The position numbers and the translations under genes were made by a program. 64,000 nt of DNA from a virus, in IMG/VR virus record IMGVR_UViG_3300002920_000014, positions 1 to 64,000 of that record. One strand, written 5' to 3'. Positions 12,001 to 19,909 of the stretch are shown in pieces (position 1 is the stretch's first letter; the number at the start of each line of letters is the position of its first letter). The notes beneath the pieces are model-generated. The model did no database searches. It saw nothing but the letters and a program-made list of their open reading frames with translations, and was not told the origin of the DNA.

Positions 12001-14004
12001 CTCATAAATCTGCTGTTCACTGGTCTTGGTGTACAAATCACTTCATTTTTTGAAAACGTCTTCAACAAAATAGGCTATTTCTTTTCTACACAGCTACCTT
12101 TAATTCTTGCTAAAGCTGGGGCTGAGGCAGTAAGTCTAGCAAACCCAGACCGTGCTATAGATGGTCAAATAGCGGGCATAGAAAAATATTTAGGAGGAAC
12201 GGATTTTAGCGCAGCGAAAGATTTAGCAAGTACTACAGATGGTAGTTTTATACGTCAATTTACTAACACAGGTAATGCACTTAACGACGCTATTTCAGAT
12301 TATGCTAGAAAAACACTTGTGTCTAACATAGATAACTTTGTAAGATTTTTGAATGAAGAGTCTTTATCCACAGAAGGTTTTAGCACGGATATAGGTGCTC
12401 TTAACCTCGAACAATACGTAGGAGCTCTGAACGCTAGTGGCGGTGTAGATGAAGCAATTGGCAGAGCTTTTGCTATGGGGTATACCGATCTTGCAAATCA
12501 GATCATCGCTGAAGCTGACGCTAAAGGTTACAAGTTTGATATAGCTCCAGTTATCAATAATGCAGCCAGAGAAATAGTCAATTCAGTTGGTCAACAAGGC
12601 ATGTCTATGACCCCTGAAATGGTGGACTCTGCTGTAGCTCAGTTAGAAACCATGCGTGCAGAGCTAGTTGAGAGAGGTTTCTCTACCGATGGGGTAGACT
12701 CCGAAATTGCTCGTGTTCAGGGCTATTTTAGTATGCTTGTAAGTGCTGCTGCGAAAAGTAGTGAGGGGGCGGCCGAAGAGGCTGGTAGAGCTATAGGAGA
12801 AACTGCTTCAAGGGGTATAACGAATGGTATGTCTAACGTTGAAATTAGTAGTCCTGTTAGTCCACCTACGTCTACTATAACGGAAGACAGTTCAAACATT
12901 CCTTCTAATCCGATAAGTGTACCTGTTGAAGTCAATCCAGTTGTAACTGAAGTTACTCCCATTGCTGAAGATTCTACTAATTTAATTAAAAATTCCTTAG
13001 AAAGTGACATCTCAGAATCTATAGTAGAACTTAGCGTTCCTGCTCAAGCTACATTGGATATTCTGGACGTGGACACGCTGACGCCGGAAGCCATTACGGT
13101 TTTAAGTGAAGTCTTTGCTAAACTAAGTTTAGAACTTAAGGGTGTACATGAAACAATAAACACATTAGTTAAACCAGCTATTAATGAGTTAAGCTTATCA
13201 ATAGAGACGTTAATAAACGTCAATATCTCAAACTTTACAACATCGGCCACCGGTATGGCTAACACATTGACAACAATTGTTCTTCCCTCAATTGAACAAA
13301 TAAAAGCTTCTTTTAACAACATGTCGTTACTAACCATTCCTGTTTTGAACAGTATGCTCATGGTTACATCTAGCATATTATCCATAAATTTCCCAATAAG
13401 TGCTTCGTCTACAGCAACAGCTGTGAAACTAATTGAAGAAGCTTTCTTCAGTCTTGGAAACACTGTAACTCGCGTGACGAGTCTGTTATTGAACGTAGCA
13501 GAAGCCGCTGCCTCTGCCTCACAAAATGCTGCTGATGCAACTGGTAGGATAGCTGAGGCTGCAGTTGGTTCAGCTAATGCAGTAACGAATTCTTTAGGAG
13601 GTGGTTCATCTAAACCTCAAGGAAGAGCCAGTGGTGGTACAGTTAAACAAGGTATGTATCGCATTAACGAACAAGGATCTGAAGTCTTAATTGAACGTGG
13701 TAAGATGTACTTATTGTCTTCCGGCTTAGGTAAGATTGAACCATTGTCAAAAGGTCTACTGCCTAATTTTGATCCTACAGCAAGAACTATGGGGAATAAC
13801 ATTTATTCAGAAATTAGAAAGCCACCGATGAATAGCAACGAGTATTCATACAACACCTATAACGAAGGAGATATTGTTGTTAATGTCACAGTAGATAGCT
13901 CAGCCTCAGCTAAAGAAATATCAAACCGAGTTGCAGAAGCTATTCGTAGACAAAGACCAGAGCAGATAAGTGCTAAAAAGAATTTTAGGAGTAATCAACA
14001 ATGA
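3094..14004 (+). CDS. giant tail tape measure protein (3636 aa)
   Basis: A TP901/PhageMin_Tail-like core is present (FGGLTNEARREAEDFALQIGKNYPLSANEALQATTDLIKAGQSL...). There are hydrophobic helix clusters. The C-terminus is typical of tape-measure proteins (ASGGTVKQGMYRINEQGSEVLIERG). Dit/Tal-like genes follow. Confidence 0.8.
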   Translation: MAAGVSGFNLEVLSELVSKLDQVYVKLSQVEERLATISSTDLTLTISGRTAETLNTLVQNFEKLQNLDSESVSNIAKNLSNALDQLNKSDINDRLYKLQLPETFLQSAKGLNAFASAIARLGRSDVDVGLSIAKLSFSLKSLVDIDVSSIKSDNFNVFFEVGKSLASFALSFNRLSRLSESDFSNITTNVMNFIKNFSSFKIPQTFDRQILDISKSVSNIASVFKITSSLPLDYDITPFFVILDDFIDYLALASDEISKIEKVDLLFVISRLSRNMIDFIKLAGSKSDNLNVKNMFSVFDDLIHYFSTISDKIKSVQDLNDLSVLFKSFSQLANFFRVAKSIAVDFDIKGVIAIFEYFIGYIIRVSNRVSKLEGIDSLSSIFKYFSQLGEFSKSTRTITGSFDFTPIFTVLDQFIQFLIKTSDNVPKLDSIKDIISSLRLFIKVSELTIALENNSSITKNNLTHMFDSLKIFIDIISEELKVNTRVVDNLTTLRIILESIRDLFRLSKIVSNDPDYYKKLADLVSIIPILNNFTNQLKQIQTVPNESVVFFKKLSEVIRNISYITTIKENFNVSIIDKIINQLITTIANVYTKLNNGQLIKFDQIFPSIQSLILSIRRFINTIISNKGLLEDSSKVETIFKNMKKLLDGIPDLIGSVVGPIKFTTDIGARSVARILKDVGPLLTFIFKDLVNIIDEQTISTNLKNLLKRGLLLRLTAAAFGIFMDAIMMPFKAIENAKLGGIGDFTSGFGRLLEGVSSFSRFIKSLLEINLKFDKTTFIEITKIVGFIGLQVGLLILALAPVAFLNPTKLSALGDISKSFRYVLDFFSFVNSPDFVSKAGIAVALSVGTLLNKFFKTVVAGGFITYLLLIFASMAKLGGSDLKYVPDVIKSLKYVGEFIRSLNDNIFSNANLITDGLLKSLNEYTKIFRAISQGGFVISILIALGILTRLAGENTKFLPDVIKSLSSISDFITQLQSNVFKNANLITDGLLGSLNTSTKTFRAISQSGFITSLFLFLGVMSKLAGQNMAYLPDTIISLKVIFDFVDSMQQTVFRNANIVTDGLLSNLTQSTQIFRATVQSGFIGSILLFIGFMSKIGGVNLQFAPEVLKNLYVIFSFVEKLQTTVFKSVNLITDGLLQDLTRSTKTFNALSQSGFINSILLVIGVMSRLGGEDLQYAPAVLNSLSSVFNFIEGLQTNVFKSANIIKDGLFEDLTKTTKMFNALSQGGFVSSLLLVIGVLSKLGGSGLKDIPSVLSSLPYLGSFIDSINSTVFRSANLISDGLLADLNKNTKVFRALTQSGFLSSILLALAAFSKLAGVNTQYVGPVLQALPAIGTLIESLNRTIFSSANLIQDWLLKDFNDQIKMYRSLTQGGFVAALLGLIGAMARLGGSALQYVPGILSSLPVLADFLSQLRKTIFANADLVTESGPLEEVNKTAKKFRALTQGGFLSSILLMIGVMTRIGGSNLQYADKAAVAIKAVTDFLSAVSRNVTSSFLDYIPIISDIKRASELFKAIVQSGLFSLAAVVFLLATRLSNVSAITSMVNFFDSMSKLYVSLKSSAKNDLSMENVKTYFAQVDFILNSIRRLKLSKNVDSSFLNSVIGLISALSNIKVDLPDTLTRIAPAFKDFVSSFNSLNIDDRSSKSIVRIIDSLKNIPRNIPNIPKIDVNAPKSTNTAYRNSITELNSLLSIIDRVTSAVKSMFQAFASLTNIVGLVNNVSRSVVELGRNVREVGDNIMQAGQNMGQVFTGFLRNQTFSTVSEFDKIGTQLQVFGGLTNEARREAEDFALQIGKNYPLSANEALQATTDLIKAGQSLASTKFILPSASDLAALSGSSLPDATNLLILAESTFSSFRDGVEGSFENIDKAADILSAAADASTASVQSLGEGLANVSSTANIAGITLEETAAILAILDESGKKGAEGGTALASMFNSLTKPKTQKALSDLQRTVRGFGKEFKDLNVSLYNPDGSRRNINDYFNSLGIALKAIEERQGTKGVDAYINRLADTYGKQGLQIILAGGTDAIKNMIEAMNDVAPASERAASMLDNFAGDVEQLKGSVETLYVKALKPSLEEFFRPFVKIGRLVVDTLISMDTKIVSFLGSMLSVSVTGVGSLAALTLSFGGLLKVGGAVISSLGYMINVLKFATWFMGLLSGSVIGLVTAFTALTVIVPVIAGVTATFKSLYTILSQDLGGAASGIRNVFGVLGEFFSSISELGNSVINLIKEAFGDGAGTNGLLDAAGASIANFFNNIASGLKNGAIGRVTQAFKDMAGIITAFTSVMTVESRRAKQIESRNRRMTEDGIFSEEDIEASVKSTETNFDKAYKSLIDNVVKNNKLFKKVFGESFSPDQFIQLAESLRSNFNTIGNVIADFRKRISEGVVGGNLSLPELLGLGNDTAGKIAGELATIFGTLFNIDLSQVAANFTNGGFIAGIQDLFRSLISKAGEVLLNNKESLRTAFIGVLEFAFSPVKLVGLIGDIFDIKALQDIASGFEEVMKNVFGGIFDTLVALLSGKDIETALNEGFGKTFNSIIELIRGVGRSISLLFKYISESISSFISSIGISGETVTSVVNDIIKALADVIKIINDEFFTPLAEEGLFAALGNVLKLAFETIKTVVADIISYLSTIDIASVVSTFVATLSSNLVSGLSSALSTAVSSVGGDTNSLKSLFETTLSSLFDISSTGLEGAFATLPAALSGALATALTAGIELLGSTLNLDVSAVTQRINDTLQSIFDGIKDLVGFGEENGIIDNIRKFVDTIQKLFDVITGNNTDNASKTAYNLNILTAALQSIANLPLAIIDQAIRTIDSFFDFIGSLEPQDIALVAAGIVTFAGAYTVLTTAASLGGIANLLAMKGLFGTLGTIAWSVISGGISAVAGAITTLMNSVVGKMIGVASVVLVIATFVQNLGQLKDVIDNLLKGDLFGALGEAIQGLIDFLGDIGINLLKLLGFDEGFIRGVQTTLDQVGVLINLLFTGLGVQITSFFENVFNKIGYFFSTQLPLILAKAGAEAVSLANPDRAIDGQIAGIEKYLGGTDFSAAKDLASTTDGSFIRQFTNTGNALNDAISDYARKTLVSNIDNFVRFLNEESLSTEGFSTDIGALNLEQYVGALNASGGVDEAIGRAFAMGYTDLANQIIAEADAKGYKFDIAPVINNAAREIVNSVGQQGMSMTPEMVDSAVAQLETMRAELVERGFSTDGVDSEIARVQGYFSMLVSAAAKSSEGAAEEAGRAIGETASRGITNGMSNVEISSPVSPPTSTITEDSSNIPSNPISVPVEVNPVVTEVTPIAEDSTNLIKNSLESDISESIVELSVPAQATLDILDVDTLTPEAITVLSEVFAKLSLELKGVHETINTLVKPAINELSLSIETLINVNISNFTTSATGMANTLTTIVLPSIEQIKASFNNMSLLTIPVLNSMLMVTSSILSINFPISASSTATAVKLIEEAFFSLGNTVTRVTSLLLNVAEAAASASQNAADATGRIAEAAVGSANAVTNSLGGGSSKPQGRASGGTVKQGMYRINEQGSEVLIERGKMYLLSSGLGKIEPLSKGLLPNFDPTARTMGNNIYSEIRKPPMNSNEYSYNTYNEGDIVVNVTVDSSASAKEISNRVAEAIRRQRPEQISAKKNFRSNQQ
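3560..5010 (+). repeat. degenerate ~56-aa repeat series inside the tape-measure N-terminal third (approximate bounds)
   Basis: A recurring pattern F-x-x-h-D-x-F-I-x-Y/F...S-D/N-x-h-x-K-h...L-x-x-h-F-K/R-x-h-S is seen about 8-10 times, for example FFVILDDFIDYLALASDEISKIE, FSVFDDLIHYFSTISDKIKSVQ and FTVLDQFIQFLIKTSDNVPKLD. Confidence 0.6.
5599..7570 (+). repeat. in-frame tandem array, 219-nt (73-aa) period, about 8-9 units, inside the tape-measure gene
   Basis: The anchor motif (N/S)-(A/V)-N-(L/I)-(I/V)-x-D-(G/W)-L starts at 5818, 6037, 6256, 6475, 6694, 6913, 7132 and 7351, exactly 219 nt apart. Each unit also has T-K-x-F-R-A-(I/L)-(S/T)-Q-(G/S)-G-F followed by a hydrophobic helix and L-(A/G)-G. 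Confidence 0.9.
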
Positions 14005-15071
14005 ACGTGTGGATATACCAAATAGGTAACATTCCAGTGTATGAGGTTCTCAGTAGTCGTTCTGATGGTGGTGTTGAAGTTGATATACCAAGAAAGTGGC
14101 ACGTTCCTACAGAAGACCTCAAAGATACTGGTGGCAGGATTAACTTAATGCCTTCGGGTAGAACTTCTCCTGAAGCTGTTGATATCAGCGTTAAGGGTGA
14201 TTTTTTTGAAACCTCAACAATGCCCGCCATGTCTTTTGTTAATCAAATTAATAGTTTAGGTGGTTTTAGAGATGTGCCAATTATAGGGTTTCGATTGGCA
14301 AGTCAACCCAACGGCTCTCAACCAATTCTTCATTGGCTTACAATGAATGTCACTATAGAAAGTGTTGATGTTGAGTTTAGTTACAAAGATACTGAGTGGA
14401 AATCAGATGTAGTTACTGTAGACATCAAGATGAAAGGTGAAGCTTATTGGAGAAGCCTTAACTCTTCTGTGTGGTCATACTCACTTTTCAATCACAGAGG
14501 TGACCAAAAATCTTTTTCTATAAGCCATCCCAAATACATTACAGATATAAATAAAAATTACAGTTTTGTTCAAAGAATTGACAACAACACAATTATTCAT
14601 AATCCATCTTTGTGGGGGGTATTTTATAAATCCGATCCTTTTGGGTCTTTTGGCTTTTCTTGGACAAGTTCACTTTCAAACTATGTATACTCACACCCTT
14701 ATTTTTGGTCTGGAGAACCCATCAGTTATTACGCTTTCAAGAACCTTGATCTTAATAACCAAGTGTCTATTGAGGTTGTTAAAAATGATGGGTCTTTGTC
14801 AACATCCACGCTCAACACAAACGATTTACATACAATTTTAGTGGCTAGAGGCTATTATGGTCTCAGACCATCTGATATTATTATAGCGGGAAAAACCAAT
14901 CCATTACCGGGCTTTGTAATTCGAGAAGGTAACGTCATACCAGTCGTAGCTCCTTGGATTAAACAAGACGTGTTTGTTGGGAGAGTTGGGATTGGTGAAA
15001 GCCTTATAAAAGTAACAGTAAATAACTCAGGAATACTTCAATCACAACTTCATATTTTCCAGAGTTACTAA
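14001..15071 (+). CDS. distal tail protein (Dit) candidate
   Basis: 356-aa ORF whose start overlaps the tape-measure stop (ATGA). Called from its position directly after the tape-measure gene. No motif-level support. Confidence 0.45.
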   Translation: MNVWIYQIGNIPVYEVLSSRSDGGVEVDIPRKWHVPTEDLKDTGGRINLMPSGRTSPEAVDISVKGDFFETSTMPAMSFVNQINSLGGFRDVPIIGFRLASQPNGSQPILHWLTMNVTIESVDVEFSYKDTEWKSDVVTVDIKMKGEAYWRSLNSSVWSYSLFNHRGDQKSFSISHPKYITDINKNYSFVQRIDNNTIIHNPSLWGVFYKSDPFGSFGFSWTSSLSNYVYSHPYFWSGEPISYYAFKNLDLNNQVSIEVVKNDGSLSTSTLNTNDLHTILVARGYYGLRPSDIIIAGKTNPLPGFVIREGNVIPVVAPWIKQDVFVGRVGIGESLIKVTVNNSGILQSQLHIFQSY

Positions 15072-15079
15072 GGTACACT

Positions 15080-17161
15080 ATGGCTACAGTCAAAGTCTTT
15101 GATAAAAGCGGTGAAACATTCATCGGTGAAACTCAAATAGCAGACTGCAAAATACAATACGGTATTTCAAAAGCTGCAGATTGGTCGTTCTCTATACCAC
15201 TAACTTCTCCAATAGTGACCAATCTAAGTGTGGGTCAGTTTATAGAGGTGTGGCATGACGGCAGTATGCTCGTTAAAGGTCGTATTCAAGAAGTTGAAGC
15301 CGATGTTACCGAGAACTTTAAAATTTCTTATAAAGGTCGTGATTACTTGGACTTACTGTACCAAATCAGTCCCCACCCATTTGCTTATTTTAAAAATCAG
15401 ACGTATCTAAAAATTCTTGCAGAACTTTTAAGATTTACTGATTGGAGGTTAGGGGTTATAGACCCAGTTCTTGACTTGCTTAAACAAAAAAGTACAGTAG
15501 ATCTTCGAGGGAAAAAAAGTTTAGCTGAGCAATTAAGTGAATTGTTCAAGATGATAGGTAATATTCAATACCGCCTTCAAAAACAAGGGAAAAAAGTTAT
15601 TGATTTGGGCACATTTACTAGTCCAAAAGCGATTTTCGGGACACAGGTAACCGAGGGACAAGCTACATTTCCGACATTAGTTATAAATGGAATAAAACTT
15701 AAAGAAGATGTAGACTACCAATTGGGATCGCTTAGCGCTGTTGGACCAGTCACTACAACCCCGTCTGGTAAACGAGCCATTACTATGGCCGACGGTCTTT
15801 TAGACACCCAAGTAATAGATGATACCACTGCTCTGGTAGAAGAAGTTAGATCTTCAGTTTTTTCCTTAAAAAACAGACGTGTTAAAGGCTCTGGTGGAAC
15901 TGTACTCATGAGGAGTTCAGCCTCTATTAACACACCATTCACACAATCAGTAGACACTATGGTGGTGTATAAAGTTTTACCCAGTGGTAAAGTAAAAAGT
16001 TTATTATTAGATACTAATGAAACTCACCCTTTTTTAACCTATTCACTTAAAAACGGTGCTGCTTACTTCGGCATAACTTTCTTTGGACCGATTAACAACT
16101 ATCCAACTAACCCTTACCCTTGGTACAGGTCTTTTCCCCTCCATAATGAAGTAATAATAATCGGTATGCCTGACAGTTACAACGGATCGGGCAGTATATT
16201 ATTCAATCTTGAACCATACAACGTAGTGTTACCCGAAACTTCAGCGTATGTATTAAGATTTACAATATTCAATATAGGGACAAATATTAATAACTACATG
16301 TTTGTTCGTTACGCACCAGACACTAACATACTGACTAAAAATTGGACTGAGCTGAGATCGACGGGGGGAGTAGTAAATACATTTACAGATCGTAGTCCAT
16401 CTTTTGAACTTGAAATAGCCTCCACAAACAACAGTATAAACTTAGTAAGCGAAAACCAAATATTTGAAGAATATAAGGTTGCTGAGGGGGACACAATGAC
16501 TGCTCAGCAAGTATCTGAGGCGGGCAAAGCATTGTTAGCCAGAGCTCGCAGTATTATGAATAACCGTCTCGTTGGTAGAAAGGTTTATGAATTAGAGGCT
16601 TCAGCTAGTAATCTATTTATTCGTCCCGGGGATTACGTAAAGTTTAGTTTGTCACAAACTATTGGAAGCACGGTTGTTAATTTAGATAATGAGTCTTTAA
16701 AAGTAGAAAGTATAGATTACGATTTTAATAACGGTATTGGTAAATTATCTGTTAAACTCACAACTAACCCAGAACTTGAATATACTGACCCCTTTATAGA
16801 AACCAAAGATAGAGCAAAACCTCAAACTATTGAGAACAGAGTAGACTTAGGGTTCAATTTTACAGCCCATCAAGAAGATTTTATTATATCAGAAACAACT
16901 ATTAGTCTTAACAACCTTCACCCAAACACCTTCACTTCAGACAACATACCTGGCACACTTATAGAATATACACCAACTAACAACTTATCTAGACTCCTAT
17001 GTACGCCAGTCGTGTCAAACGCAAACGAACCGGTATTTGTTGAAAGATTGAACAACACTAAGTTTGTTGCGTATACCCCTAATGGATGGAATTACCAAAC
17101 AAACTGTAACATCACAATGTTCGAGTATGTAAGAACTAACTCAGTGGCTGGAGGGAACTAA
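15080..17161 (+). CDS. tail-associated / baseplate hub (Tal-like) protein candidate
   Basis: 693-aa ORF in the second position after the tape-measure gene. The N-terminal region resembles siphovirus tail endopeptidase / Tal N-domains by eye. Confidence 0.45.
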   Translation: MATVKVFDKSGETFIGETQIADCKIQYGISKAADWSFSIPLTSPIVTNLSVGQFIEVWHDGSMLVKGRIQEVEADVTENFKISYKGRDYLDLLYQISPHPFAYFKNQTYLKILAELLRFTDWRLGVIDPVLDLLKQKSTVDLRGKKSLAEQLSELFKMIGNIQYRLQKQGKKVIDLGTFTSPKAIFGTQVTEGQATFPTLVINGIKLKEDVDYQLGSLSAVGPVTTTPSGKRAITMADGLLDTQVIDDTTALVEEVRSSVFSLKNRRVKGSGGTVLMRSSASINTPFTQSVDTMVVYKVLPSGKVKSLLLDTNETHPFLTYSLKNGAAYFGITFFGPINNYPTNPYPWYRSFPLHNEVIIIGMPDSYNGSGSILFNLEPYNVVLPETSAYVLRFTIFNIGTNINNYMFVRYAPDTNILTKNWTELRSTGGVVNTFTDRSPSFELEIASTNNSINLVSENQIFEEYKVAEGDTMTAQQVSEAGKALLARARSIMNNRLVGRKVYELEASASNLFIRPGDYVKFSLSQTIGSTVVNLDNESLKVESIDYDFNNGIGKLSVKLTTNPELEYTDPFIETKDRAKPQTIENRVDLGFNFTAHQEDFIISETTISLNNLHPNTFTSDNIPGTLIEYTPTNNLSRLLCTPVVSNANEPVFVERLNNTKFVAYTPNGWNYQTNCNITMFEYVRTNSVAGGN

Positions 17162-18084
17162 TGTCTGTACCTTCATTGATAGACCAAATAACCTGGACAA
17201 ACGATCCAGCTTTACAAAAGACAGTGTGGGCTAATAATGTATCTTTAATAACCCAAATATTCGACTTAATGATGTCCGGTGATACGTTGTTCCTTAATCA
17301 GGAGAACGAACCAAGCATTGAAGATTGGTATTCTTTACAAGAAAATCTTATAACCCCAAACCAAGATTTGGTATGGTTTAGTAATGGAGTGTACCAAAGC
17401 ACCTATCGAATCATAAACAACACTTTAATGATCTACGATGCAATAGGTGGCATAGGGAAATCTGTATTTCAAGGAGATCATGATGGTCTTACCGTTCTTG
17501 GATTTGGTTCAATATCAACCTCTACGACTGTGCCAGTAACTTGGCCGAGTGCTGGGCAGCTACTAGCAACTTTTGTTCCAAACTACGTGTCTGATAGAAC
17601 TTGCACTGCCGGATTAAATCTGTATAAACTTATCCCACACAGAATTGGAAGCTCATCATCTACCCCACCCTCTCCTACTTACACTAATTTGTTACTCGCC
17701 ACTACTAACGTACTCATCAAAACCGGTAACGGTATCAGCGATTTCATTGTTATAAAGAATGTAACACCCGGATCTCAATATAAATCATCTGTGATAAATA
17801 ACGGCAACAACCCAGACATTATGATGCACTCTATATGGGGTACTAAGTTAAACTTCAACTTAGTTAACGAGGGAATTGAAATCGTTATTCACGTCGAAAA
17901 CTTAAATTACAACCGTTCTAGCTTTAAAGAAATTGCCTTTGATTCCAAAAACTATAAAAGGGCTAACCAAGAGTCCATGTCGTCAACTGGTTATTGTTTG
18001 GCAAGTCCTTCAGGAAATCAATCTTCTTACTACAAACCAAAAAAAGCTTATTCTTATTTAGAGATATACGAGGTGTGGTCATGA
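17161..18084 (+). CDS. fibre / receptor-binding family paralog 1
   Basis: Shares the N-terminal module h-h-h-N-Q-x-x-x-P-x-x-x-D-W with the next four ORFs (LFLNQENEPSIEDWYSL). Translationally coupled. Confidence 0.5.
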   Translation: MSVPSLIDQITWTNDPALQKTVWANNVSLITQIFDLMMSGDTLFLNQENEPSIEDWYSLQENLITPNQDLVWFSNGVYQSTYRIINNTLMIYDAIGGIGKSVFQGDHDGLTVLGFGSISTSTTVPVTWPSAGQLLATFVPNYVSDRTCTAGLNLYKLIPHRIGSSSSTPPSPTYTNLLLATTNVLIKTGNGISDFIVIKNVTPGSQYKSSVINNGNNPDIMMHSIWGTKLNFNLVNEGIEIVIHVENLNYNRSSFKEIAFDSKNYKRANQESMSSTGYCLASPSGNQSSYYKPKKAYSYLEIYEVWS

Positions 18085-18824
18085 CATCAATTGTTTTACC
18101 AAACTGGTCAGATAATTTTTCAGACCAACAATTTTTCATAGACGTTTTAAAAACAAATCTAACTAATATCTACAACGAACACATACAAAAAAACAGACAA
18201 ACTATTATCTTAAATCAAGACACAAGACCAACTCAAGATCAATGGGAAACAGAATGGGTGTTAATAACTGGTCTTCCTCTACCTATTTTGCCTTCTGCAG
18301 AACTCATTTGGGTTAAAGGATCAGCTATCCACGATATTTTAAGGTTTATCAACGGGTCTCTCGTATCAATACGAACGATGACCCCCCAAAAAAGTGTATA
18401 TATGTTATCTTCCACGGGAGGCAACAACTCCCCCGTAACCAATTCTACTCAAAGTTTTCTCACGCCCGTAGCCACATTAGGGACAAACATCAACATTAAA
18501 GTTCCAACAACGATTGAACTCGCTTTTTCAACCGCTTTAGTTGTCAACACAGCGCCCTCCCCAACAACCAATCTCTTTGGCGCTGACTTTTTCGCTAACG
18601 GACAAAAACTAAGTACGACCTATTACGCTCAAAGCACTACGTCTCCTTGGATGTTTCTCGGAAATACAACAACATTCATCAACATATGGATGATAATACC
18701 AAACCTTAATCCGGGTTCATACACTTTCCAAGTTGGTGTTGGTAACAGCGGAACGCCCTCTGTCGCAGGTAACTTCACTCTAGGGCCTGGATGGACGGGC
18801 AGTGTTAAAGGTTACAGACTATGA
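18081..18824 (+). CDS. fibre / receptor-binding family paralog 2
   Basis: The ATG at 18081 overlaps the upstream stop (ATGA). N-module IILNQDTRPTQDQWETEW...LPLPILPSAELIWV. Confidence 0.5.
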   Translation: MTSIVLPNWSDNFSDQQFFIDVLKTNLTNIYNEHIQKNRQTIILNQDTRPTQDQWETEWVLITGLPLPILPSAELIWVKGSAIHDILRFINGSLVSIRTMTPQKSVYMLSSTGGNNSPVTNSTQSFLTPVATLGTNINIKVPTTIELAFSTALVVNTAPSPTTNLFGADFFANGQKLSTTYYAQSTTSPWMFLGNTTTFINIWMIIPNLNPGSYTFQVGVGNSGTPSVAGNFTLGPGWTGSVKGYRL

Positions 18825-19909
18825 GAGTCAACATAGAAGATATTAAAGAATTTCAATCATTAGATACACGCTTACGTATCGCTGAAGCCAAACTCAAAGG
18901 TGTTGTTATCCATTCGTACACAAAACCTACTCGCAAAGATTTTGAAAAAGTTTATATAAGTCAGTATAAACTTCCTGTACCTATCCCCCCCGGTGTGAAG
19001 TGTGTATGGTATAGTTTGTCTACTTTTCAAGTAAGAACATATACGACCGCTTATGATCTAAGTGATACAGAATTTTCTGGTAATTTGTACAACATGCAAG
19101 CATCCGACACCAACTCTAGTTTCAAATTATTAGGCGTTAAAGGTCAAGTGCTTAATACATTTGACATCCACAGTAAAAACGGAAGTCTTTATCGGTCGGG
19201 TAGTAATTACAACGGGTTCTTCATGCCTCTAGGCTCTGATTGGACGGCTAAAAACCTTGTTAATCTTTATGTAAAAGGTGGGGCTGGATGGGGGGTAAGC
19301 TCATCAAGTTCTTCAAACGCCCCAAGCATACCTATTGTAGATTCTTCAACGAGTACTAATAACAGCGCGATAAATTTAACGTCTTCACCCCCAATTACAG
19401 GAAACTCTGTATACAGAAACAACCGAGATTTGGCAACTTCAGGAACCTTTTACACAAGGGAACAAAACATTCCAAGTACCAACTTTAATATAATAAACTT
19501 GATACCTGGTTTTGTAATTTACCCCTTAGCTTTAGATATGACATCTGTAGGTATGAACAACGTGGAAGTATCCAACGGCACGCTAACGGGTTGTCTGTTG
19601 ACTATCTACAACGTAGCAGAATTCTTCACATCTCAGCCGGCAATCGTAAGTGGTGACAGTTGGTATATGGCTTCACCATCTAATAATTTTACTTCTACCG
19701 GCAGAACTACTAAATTTAGCTTTTCTTTTTCTACCCCGTATAATGCTGACTATTACTATGATTTATACTTCCTTAAGCAAAGTTATGGAGATAACGTTAT
19801 TGGATCAGACTCGAACACCTACTCCAGACAACAATTCAAAGATCAAGGATTACACGTGTATGGGCTTTATGCCACTGACAGTTATGATTACATTGGAGAA
19901 AGCTCTTGA
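18821..19909 (+). CDS. fibre / receptor-binding family paralog 3
   Basis: N-module VVIHSYTKPTRKDFEKVY...LPVPIPPGVKCVWY. The C-terminus is Ser/Asn/Thr-rich. Confidence 0.5.
   Translation: MRVNIEDIKEFQSLDTRLRIAEAKLKGVVIHSYTKPTRKDFEKVYISQYKLPVPIPPGVKCVWYSLSTFQVRTYTTAYDLSDTEFSGNLYNMQASDTNSSFKLLGVKGQVLNTFDIHSKNGSLYRSGSNYNGFFMPLGSDWTAKNLVNLYVKGGAGWGVSSSSSSNAPSIPIVDSSTSTNNSAINLTSSPPITGNSVYRNNRDLATSGTFYTREQNIPSTNFNIINLIPGFVIYPLALDMTSVGMNNVEVSNGTLTGCLLTIYNVAEFFTSQPAIVSGDSWYMASPSNNFTSTGRTTKFSFSFSTPYNADYYYDLYFLKQSYGDNVIGSDSNTYSRQQFKDQGLHVYGLYATDSYDYIGESS

Noticed and set aside
3378-13802. About 20 antisense (- strand) ORFs of 60-320 aa inside the tape-measure gene, for example 4920..5885.
   Set aside because: They lie entirely within a long, motif-supported + strand gene. 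Their translations are low-complexity mirror images of a repetitive AT-rich sequence, and they lack SD sequences. They are treated as frame artefacts.
3094-14004. The giant ORF read as an N4-like virion RNA polymerase or another giant internal enzyme.
   Set aside because: No polymerase-type motifs were seen. It has a tape-measure core and C-terminus, TM clusters, and is followed by Dit/Tal-like genes.
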